A DNA stretch of 64,000 nucleotides, taken from contig NC_058368.1 in NCBI RefSeq assembly GCF_018350175.1, positions 27,530,001 through 27,594,000 of the forward strand. The letters run 5' to 3'. Position 1 is the first letter of the stretch, and the number at the start of each line of letters is the position of its first letter. Below, piece after piece: positions 27,900 to 36,889 of the stretch. This DNA is from Felis catus (taxonomy: Eukaryota). The translations under genes and the position numbers were made by a program. The notes below the pieces were generated by a model. It was not told the origin of the DNA, made no database searches, and saw only the letters and a program-made list of their open reading frames with translations.

Positions 27900-30165
27900 A
27901 GTTAAGACGTCCACTAAAAGAATAGAAGAATAGGCAAACATTAAGGAAGATTTGAATTATGAGAAATAATTATGAGAAATAATTTCATTGAAACATACGA
28001 GTAAATACGGTACATCTATACTAACCACTCTAAGTACAAAGATTTGTAGAATGGATAAAAGATCAAACCCAGCCATATACAGCTTATAAAAATTGGGTAT
28101 TAACTATAAGACAATTTAAACATTTAAAGTAAAGAAGAGAAAAGACAGACACCATTTGCTAATCAAAGAAATCTGCTTAGCTTGTTATACGTCAGACAGG
28201 TAAGCACTGAGGCAAGAGGCATCCCTAGAAAGAATCAAGGCTGTTTCTTTCATAAGATAAAATGGTCAATTCACCATGACAATATACAATCCTAAAATTT
28301 CAACTACTTAATCTATCTTTTGTATGAAAATATAGAAAGCAAAAATACAGAAGTAAAAGGACGGGTAAAAAATTCAGTCATGGGGCACCTGGCTGGCTCA
28401 GTCTGTAGAGCTTGTGACTCTTGATCTCAGGGTTATGAGTTTGAGCCCTATGTTGGGTATAGAGATTACTTAAAAATTACTTAAAAAAAATTCACAATCA
28501 TAATGAGAGATTGCAGCATCCTTCCCTCAATAATTGAAGAACAAACAGACAATACATCAGTAAGGATAGAGACATGAATGAGAGAATTACAAAATCCCAA
28601 CTGACATATTTAGAACACTATACATAACAATCTCGGAATGCACATTTTTTTCACATAATATTGACCATAGAGAGGCTCGCAAAAATTTCAAAGAAACAAA
28701 ACCATAGAGACTATATTGCCAGACCACTGTGAAATTAATCTAGAAATGATTAACAAAACAAAACTGGAAAGTATGTTTGGGAATTAGGAAATCCAATTCT
28801 AAATAACCCAATGATCAAATAAGAAATTACAACGGAAATTAGAAACTATTTTGAACTAAATGGCATTGGAAACCTATCAAAGTTGGTGGATTGCAATTAA
28901 AGCCTTGTTTAGAGGGAAATTTATCACTGACGAGTGAAGAAAGGCTGCAAATCAATTTATCGGTGCAAACACTCAAAAAGGTATTTTAAAAAAGCAGATG
29001 AAGAAAGAAGAGAAAATAAAAAGAAATTAAATTATTGAAACAAACATATATACAGAGGAGAAACAAAGATAAAAGTTGGCTCTTTCAGTAGACCAATAGC
29101 ATAGATCAGGAGTAAGAAACCTTTTCCGTAAAGGTCCCGATAACTTTTTTCTCCATTGGTAAGCCTTATGATCTCTGTGTAATTGTTTATCTGGCATTGT
29201 GGTGGGAAAGCCGCCATAGATAATAAATGAATAGTTGTGGTTGTGTCACAATAAACCTTTATGTACAAAAACAGGCACAAGGCTAGATTTGATCCAAGGC
29301 TATAATTGGCCAGCCTGTAGACAAGTGTGTGTGAGACAGAGAGAGAGAGAAACACCAACAACAAAAATTAGAAATTAAAAAGGAGACCTCATTACAGGTC
29401 CTACATTTAAAGAAAGTCATAACAGTCATCATAGCTTACTGTGAATAACTTTAGGCTAATTAATGTAAAATTTTAGATGAAATGGACCCTAAGGAAGGCT
29501 CAACTTACTAAAACTAAACAGAAACTCCAAATGGTTCCTCATCTATTAAAGGAATAAATCAAAAAGGCTTCCCTCAATGAAAATCCTAGATCCAGAAGAA
29601 TTTACCAGTCACTTCCATCACATATTTAAGGAATAAATTCTATCACACCGACAAATTCCATGGAGCATTAAAAGAAGGCATACTTTCCAGTTCATTTTAT
29701 GAGGAGAGCAAACATTGAAACCAAAACTTGCTAAAGATATTACAATAAAGGAAAATTAGAGGTCCATCTCTCACATTTACCTAAAAGGAAAAATCTTACA
29801 CAAAACTGTAGCAAATCAGGGCGCCTGGGTGGCTCCATTGGTTAAGCGTCCAACTTCGGCTCAGGTCATGATCTCATGGCTTGTGAGTTTGAGCCCCGCG
29901 TAGGGCTCTGTGCTGACAGCTCAGAGCCTGGAACCTGCTTCGGATTCTGTATCTCCCTCTCTCTCTGTGCCCCTCCCCCACTTGTGCTCTGTCTCTCAAC
30001 ACTAAATAAATGTAAAAAAAAAGAATTTTTTTTTTAATTTTAGCAAATCAAATCTAGCCGTATCCAGAAAGGATAACACACCATGGTCACTTTGGCTTAA
30101 AAAAAAAAAAATGTTTTAACATTCCAACATCAATGTATATTAATGAAGAAAGCATAAAATAACCA
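27900..30165 (+). mobile_element. Ancient L1M ORF2 remnant (EN to RT start), interrupted by SINEs at 28382-28490 and 29818-30040 and by a MER58
   Basis: Degenerate L1 motifs: gaaattagaaactattttgaactaaat, ttagagggaaatttat, cagttcattttatgagg, gcaaatcaaatctag. Confidence 0.7.
29105..29320. mobile_element. MER58-like hAT-Charlie MITE
   Basis: aaagccgccatagataat, tgtgtcacaataaacctttat, acaaaaacaggc and gctagatttg motifs. Confidence 0.65.
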
Positions 30166-30779
30166 ATTTGAGTAAAAACAACCTTGCTCTCAGGTGCAGC
30201 AGCAGCTCAGGTATTTCCAGGTGAAGTGCTCGTGGCTTAAGGAACTCTTGGTCATTGAAAGGACTTACAGCTTTGATTAAAAAGACAGCTCATCATGAGA
30301 GCCCACAGGGGAAAGATCGTTCATGAAAACAACTCCTTTTTCCCATAGTCAAAGTTGGATGTCAGGCACACCTGAAATGCGCTCTTAGCCTAATCCTTTA
30401 CTCTGTCCTCCCACCTTCCTGCCTTTGACTTTTCTCATTGCTGTATGTTCTTTCTTTTTCCCTCTTAGTCTATTGTTCGGGACTTGCTTAGCTAACTGGA
30501 TGTGAATATTACTCGACAAGAATTCTGCTTTCCATCCAGCATGCTAGTTCTTACTGGAGAATTGTGGTCAGAGGGTGTTTGGATAAAGTACCCTATGCTT
30601 ATCTTCATGGTATTGAAATTTGTGTGAGTAACCGGCTGTGCAGAATGTTATAGAAGCTTTCCATATTCTTCTAGCCTTAAAATCCGTATCTGTTTACAGA
30701 CACTATTCTTTCTGCATAATCTTTTTGTACATTGAAGAATATTTTGATTACATTAAATAAGGCTGCTGACTTTGCTGTT

Positions 30780-31500
30780 TTGGGGGGGGGCAAACGCAGG
30801 GGGCGGGGGTGAGGAGTAGAGAGAGGGGGATAGAGGATCCAAATAGGGCTCTGCACTGACAGGCTGACAGCAGAAAGCCCATCTGAGGCTCGAACTCATG
30901 AACCGTCAGATCATGACCTGAGCAGAAGTTGGAAGCGCAACTGACTAAGCCCCCAGGTGCCCCCGATTTTGCTACGTTTTTAAAGGGATCTTCAAGTAAG
31001 TACAAAACTGACATTAAAGGCAGAGGAAAGGGGTGCCTGGGTGGCTCAGTAGGTTGAGCATCAGACTCTTGATCTTGGCTCAGGTCATGATCTCATGGTT
31101 AGGTTTGCGAGATGGAGCCCTGCGTCGGGCCTGCTAGGGACTCGCTCTCTCTCTGCCCCTCCCCTGCCTGTGTTCTCTCTCAAAACAAATGAAGTTAAAA
31201 AAAAAAAAGGTAGAGGAAAAATGTACCTTGAATTTACATCTTCCTTCTCACACCCAAGCTGTAAACAATTGACATATTCTGTTTTAAAACATTTGGCTCA
31301 GGTCACGATCTCGCGGTCCATGAGTTTGAGCCCCGTGTCGGGCTCTGGGCTGATGGCTCAGAGCCTGGAGCCTGTTTCCGTTTCTGTGTCTCCCTCTCTC
31401 TCTGCCCCTCGCCCATTCATGCTCTGTTTCTCTCTGTCCCAAAAATAAATAAACGTTGAAAAAAAAAAATTAAAAAAAAAAAAAGAATTAAAAAAAAAAC
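30780..31500. mobile_element. Cluster of three CanSINEs: 30780-30965 (-), 31030-31210 (+), 5'-truncated 31293-31500 (+)
   Basis: SINE bodies; the last is flanked by aaaacatttggctca repeats. Confidence 0.88.
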
Positions 31501-32032
31501 ATTTGGCTCAACATATGCGTATTTGTTTTAAAGCCTCATCAAACGCTCCCTTTAGATTTAAACTTCTGTTGAATAGGACACTTTTGAGGAGAGAGTGTAC
31601 TCAGAACTTAGGATATAGCGGGCCAAGCATCCCAAGGGTACCAAATTTTCTAATGTTACACCCAACACGGGAGATGTGGTCACTAAACAACAAAAATATA
31701 TATGTAGGAGGTAACGTACTGTTGCTTTGTCAAGCCATTTGATAGTTTTCCAGATCATGTTTCCCTAACTCTAAAAAGCGATGTAACCGGGTAGCAGTGT
31801 ATTAGTTCATCCGCATAACTTTAAAAACCAACGTATCGACAACTTCCAGGAAGGCCAGTCACGGCTGCCAGGGAGGAGGTACTCACCGTGCAGGCAGAAG
31901 TTGCCCTGAGCGAGGAGGCGCTGAACTCCCTGAAGCAGAGGCCGGTGGAGGCTCTTTAGAGGCTCTTTCAGCAGAGCTGCACCTGAGCTGGAGGACTGCC
32001 CCAGCACTGCCAGCACAGCCCCGGAAGGCCTT

Positions 32033-32266
32033 TATTTTATTGTATTGTATTTTATTTTACTGTTTAACGTTTCGTTTTGAGAAAGAGAGAGACCGAGTGT
32101 GATGGGGGAGGGGGCAGAGAGAGAGGGAGACCCAGCCTCGGAGGCAGGCTCCAGGCTCTGGGCTGTCAGCACAGAGCCCGTGGCGGGGCTGGAACCCACG
32201 AACCACGAGATCATGACCTGAGCCGAAGGCGGAGGCTTAACCAGCTGACTCTCCCAGGTGCCCTGG
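32033..32266 (-). mobile_element. CanSINE inserted in the large exon of the pseudogene
   Basis: ggaaggcctt TSD at 32023-32032 and 32267-32276. Confidence 0.92.
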
Positions 32267-32923
32267 GGAAGGCCTTCCTCCAGGTTGAAACAGCTCAGCT
32301 GGGCATGCACGGATCCCCGGGCTGCGACTACCTCGGTGTAGTGGGCCTCGGTGGGCTGGGCAACTTGGCATGAGCTGTTCAGTTCTTGGCAACTTGGCAT
32401 GAGCTGTCTTGGCCTGGCAGACTGCCAGCTGAGAAGAGATGAGCCACCGGGCGCCCAGGGCGGCACGGTGAGGCCTTTTCCGCCACCGTGTCGATCCCGG
32501 CCTGGAGCACGTGCCCTGGGCGCAGGCCCTTGGCCAACCACAGCACCAGACCGTCTCCATCTCTAGGAACTGTGACAGAGTGCTCACTTGGCCTCTGGTT
32601 AGTGACAGGCGCCCGCCAGAGTGCCGGCCTCCCACCCTGGCCAGTGCCCTGCACGTCTCGGTCTAAAGCAGAGCCAGCCGGCCGGCCTTGCTACCTCTGC
32701 GTCTCTCCCAACCTCTCCAGCCGAGACACCGACCAATTGCATGGACGATGCGGTGGTCGGCGTCCTAACTTGGGTGCTGGGCTGCCTGCGGAGGCTGGAC
32801 CCGCTGGGTGGGCCCTCTCACAGTGGCAGTCTGTCAGATGCCTTCGGAGGCATTTCTGCAGGATTCGGACCCAACTGGACAGCTTTTGAGGAGTGGCCCA
32901 CTGTGACTAATTTGAAGGACGAG

Positions 32924-34035
32924 TGACAGGGAAAGATAGGAGTCAGTAAGCAGAAAGGGACAGGCTAAGGCTTGAAGGCCCCTGGGGGGGGGGGGGGGAA
33001 CATATTTTAAAACATTTCTCCTGGGAACATCTGACCTTCAGCAAACTCCCTCAGGCATGAAGTTCCTCTTAAAAATGTGAAGGGGTGCCTGAGTGGCTCA
33101 GTCAGTTAAGCGTCCCACTCTTGATTTTGGGGCGCCTGGGCAGCTCAATCGGTTAGGCAGTCCGACTTCGGCTCAGTCATGATCTCACAGCTCGTGAGTT
33201 CGAGCCCTGCGTCGGGCTCTGTGCTAACAGCTCAGAGCCTGGAGCCTACGCTTCATTCTGTGTCTCCCTCTCTCTCTGCCCCCCCCCTACTTGTGCTTTG
33301 TCTCTCTCTGTCTCTCAAAAATGAATAAATGTAAAAAAAAAAAAAAAAACAAAAAAAAACATAACAGACAACAGCTACTCCCCCTCAGGTTTCCTTCAGA
33401 AATTTGACACACAAAAGACCTAACTAAAAATAAGTAGACCTTGTGACCCACAAGGAAGGTATGGCCATAGACCACCCCTCATACAATGGAAAGGAGTCAA
33501 TCAAAAAGGAATGGTTAAGCATTTAGAGTTACCTACCCAACAAGGGTAGAACTGGAGAAGAAACAGGGGAAAAGGAAAAGGACCGACCAAAATGCTATAA
33601 AATAGAGTCCCTTGGGCGCCTGGGTGGCTGGGTCGGTTAAGTTTCTGACTTCAGCTCAAGTCATGATCTCACAGTTGGTGGATTCGAGCCCCGTGTCGGG
33701 CTCTGTGCTGACAGCTCAGTGCCTGGAGTCCGCTCCGGATTCCGTGTCTCCCTCTCTCTCTGCCCTTTCCCACTCATGCTCTGTCTCTCCCTGTCTCAAA
33801 AATAAATTAAAAACAAAACAAAAACATTAAAATAGAATCCCTTGCCTGTAGTCCATGGGCATTTACTTTAGAATGCTGCCTCTCTATAAAGAGATCTTTC
33901 ATACTTTTGCTACTTTCTGATCTTATATTCTAATAAACTTTTGCCTGCTGCTCATTTTATTTTGTATCCACCTCTTCATGCTTCAAAGCAGCGAGACAGC
34001 GAACCCTGAGTGTTGAGGTAAAGAATCCTGCAACA
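32924..34035 (+). mobile_element. Solo ERV LTR (ERV1-like, 4-bp TSD) with nested CanSINEs at 33082-33360 and 33613-33830
   Basis: TG...CA termini (tgacaggg...gcaaca); cgag TSD at 32920-32923 and 34036-34039; tataaaa near 33596; aataaa at ~33932; U5-like gcgagacagcgaaccctg. Confidence 0.85.
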
Positions 34036-34936
34036 CGAGGAAGCCTTCTGTGACTCCTAAACCAGCGACAAGTGTCCTCCCTGCAGTTGCGGAGCTCAGA
34101 GGAGCAGGCTTCTGCGTGGGCAGCAAGCGACTTCTGGATTCTGGGCGCCCCACCTGTTGCTGGATATTGGGCCTCAGGCAGAGGTGGCCATCCGTCATTT
34201 ACCTACACATCCCTTTGAAATTCTTGGAATGGAGGAATGCAGGAAAGCTGGAAACTCCTGGAAGACGTAATTGGGGAAGGGAACCGAGCACTTAGGAAGT
34301 GGCAGCTCTCCCCATTTATGTGATTTGTAAACTGAGCGATGACTTCCCAAAAGCCGCAAACATCCTGCAATCCTAAATAGCAACCCAAGAGTTGGACTCT
34401 TTAACAGTTCGGGATGTTGTGAGGGCCTCGTGGACAAGGCTGGCAAAATCCACGAAACATCTGCCGTGCTGAGGTGGCTAATACGGACAGACCTGAGAAA
34501 GAGGTGAATTACTTTGTATTAGCTCAAACATATACTCATTTTCATCTTCTAAAACAATGTAGAAAAGAACCTGGGATTCTACCATATCTACAAATACATA
34601 GACTCCTTTTTTGTGGGACTCTTCTACTGTAATTTATTGGATGACTTATTAACCTACTACACTTTCTGAGTATCTTCTTGTTTTCGGCACTTGGAGAGTG
34701 TCTTGGCCACGAAACTTGTCAATAAATGAAAAGTTTTCTTTGTTTTCAACTGCAGATCGTATACTCACCTGCTTATTTGCCACCTCTCCCAATAAAAAAC
34801 TTTCTGGAAAGTGTCCTCTTCGTGCCTGGAATTGAAGTGGGGTAAACTGAATTACCAAACTAATCACTGATGATATACGTAAGGGCAGCTTATTATTTAG
34901 TAATGCATCCTTTGAGTCTGATTTCAAATGATAGAC

Positions 34937-35417
34937 TGAGAAATTAGCCCACTGACCCAATCAAAGGAGGGACGCAGAGACTCGGAGCACATGAAGGGAG
35001 GCTTTAATCAACGTTCTTACAAGAGCAGGTGTCTGATGGACAGGCACACTCTGGACAGTTACAGTAGGCAATTTATCTCCTAGCGTAGCAAGTCCCTCCC
35101 CCGGTTCCTCATTGGCTGAGTGCTACAGAGGTTACAGCCTTAACCAGACGTCACCTATGCCCATGTAAGGGAAACAGCCTGATTGGAACAAATGTACATT
35201 CCTTGGGTGATGCAGAGACTTCAGTTCTTTGGCGCATGCTCATTGTAAAGCCTGCAAACAGGAGAGGGGAAGAAGCAGGAAGTGAAGTGTCTAAGGGTTT
35301 GGGACTCCATTTGGAGGAGGGGAAGGGCTCTTACATTTTCCAATTGGTTGTAAACCTATTGTTAGACAGCACAGCTTTTATTTGGACTTCTGAAAATGAG
35401 CCATCTCCCTTCTCACA
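34937..35417 (-). mobile_element. Solo ERV LTR, 481 bp, 5-bp TSD
   Basis: tagac repeats at 34932-34936 and 35418-35422; TG...CA ends; minus-strand CCAAT boxes and an attaaa signal. Confidence 0.8.
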
Positions 35418-36214
35418 TAGACCCTATCCTATATTAATAGTGTTTTAGTATGTAAATTGTTTTGATTATCTGGAAAGTGGTCATTCCAGTAAACATTTCG
35501 AATTGATATCAAAGTGAGATCTTTACAGTTCAGCAAGATAAAGGAAACCACCCTTACAGTCTGTTAGTTTCTCTTACAGATGGTTGGCATTTTCTTAGCG
35601 TTAGCTGAAGGGTCATGTTGTATACTATATGTTGTATACTATAACATTTCCAAAATTGTCTATCATGGTTTGGCTTGCTTTAGAATCTTAAAAGTCCGAG
35701 TTCCAACCTTCTCCACCCTTGCTGTTTAGTTTACCTTTTTCATTTTGGCATAATCTATTCCAGCATTTTATGGCCGTGTAAAATGTAGATGTTTTTATGT
35801 TGTTTACTTACTGAACAACATTTTCACGAAATGGCCAGTAGTCTGCCAAGATTACAAGATGTACAAAAAATTAGAAGTAGCAATTTGGTAGGTTAGTATA
35901 CATCAATGGCAAATTGAGGAACAAATACTTTGTCTTGTCAAAAGGGGGTACTCTCCAGCTGACTGTTGCATGCGGGTCCACTCTTGTCAGATATGTATGT
36001 ATGTATGTATGTGTATGCATAAGTATAAATGTAAATATAAATATTTAAGAGAAGGCAGCAATCGCAGATGTAAATGTAAAATCTTTGTATCATTAGCAGT
36101 AAATTGTATGTGTTGGGGGATAGGGGTGGTTTAAAACTACTGTGGGCCAGACAAAACCACTGTAGGCCATATTTACACTGCAGGTCACCAGTTTGCCACT
36201 TCTGGTATGCTCTC

Positions 36215-36680
36215 TTGTTTTATTTTTTTATTTTTTTATTTTTTTTCAACGTTTTTTATTTATTTTTGGGAGAGAGACAGAGCATGAACGGGGGAGGGGC
36301 AGAGAGAGAGGGAGACACAGAATCGGAAACAGGCTCCAGGCTCCGAGCCATCAGCCCAGAGCCTGACGCGGGGCTCGAACTCACGGACCGCGAGATCGTG
36401 ACCTGGCTGAAGTCGGACGCTTAACCGACTGTGCCACCCAGGCGCCCCTCTCTTGTTTTATTATTAAAGGCTAGTAGTTTAGGGGGCACCTGGGTGGCTG
36501 AGTCGGCTAAGCGTCCAACTTCAGCTCAGGTCATGAACTCACAGTCCGTGAGTTTGAGCCCCGCATCAGGCTCTGTGCTGACAGCTCAGAGCCTGGAGCC
36601 TGCTTTGGATTCTGTGTCTCCTTCTCTCTCTGCCCCTCCCCCACATGTGCTCTGTCTCTCAAAAATAAATAAAAAATGTA
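36215..36680. mobile_element. Head-to-head CanSINE pair: young SINEC_Fc 36215-36448 (-) and 36482-36680 (+)
   Basis: TSDs ctctcttgtttta and aaaggctagtagttta respectively. Confidence 0.92.
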
Positions 36681-36889
36681 AAGGCTAGTAGTTTAACAGT
36701 CAACTTCAAAATTAGGATATCATCATTTTTCAGTTGTGGAATCATATTGTAACTCTTGGCAGTTTTTGAAACAGGTATACTTAATGTGTGGTATACCCTT
36801 CTCTGTTATGAAGACGTAACAGGCCTCATTATTGTTTTTCCTAAGGGGTTCTAGAACTAAACGACTGAGACCGGAAGGGGAGAACCACA

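Larger units (their letters stand above)
30175..34300 (+). pseudogene. Decayed LRRC14/PRAME-family leucine-rich-repeat gene (probably non-processed), disrupted by stops, frameshifts, a SINE and a solo LTR
   Basis: Co-linear translated blocks resemble LRRC14 from N to C terminus by eye: TLLSGAAAAQVFPGEVLVA*GTLGH*KDL...IVHENNSFFP (30181-30345); EVLTVQAEVALSEEALNSL and AELHLSWR (31876-31994); AFLQVETAQL...CDYLGVVGL; SPAETPTNC...LRRLDPLGGPSHSGSLSDAFGGI...NLKDE (to 32923); in frame after the LTR, EAF...LLLDIGPQAEV...HPF (34040-34216). Confidence 0.6.

Noticed and set aside
28382..28490. tRNA-like sequence as a functional tRNA gene
   Set aside because: Diverged, with a SINE-type leader and an agagattacttaaaaa tail; it is an old tRNA-Lys-derived SINE.
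32330..32365. GVVGLGGLG resembling a Rossmann GxGxxG motif of alcohol dehydrogenases
   Set aside because: No other dehydrogenase similarity; the context fits the LRR-family alignment better.
31807..32654. Minus-strand ORFs and a gtgagt donor near 31888
   Set aside because: No protein similarity on the minus strand; likely shadows of the GC-rich + strand relic and the SINE.
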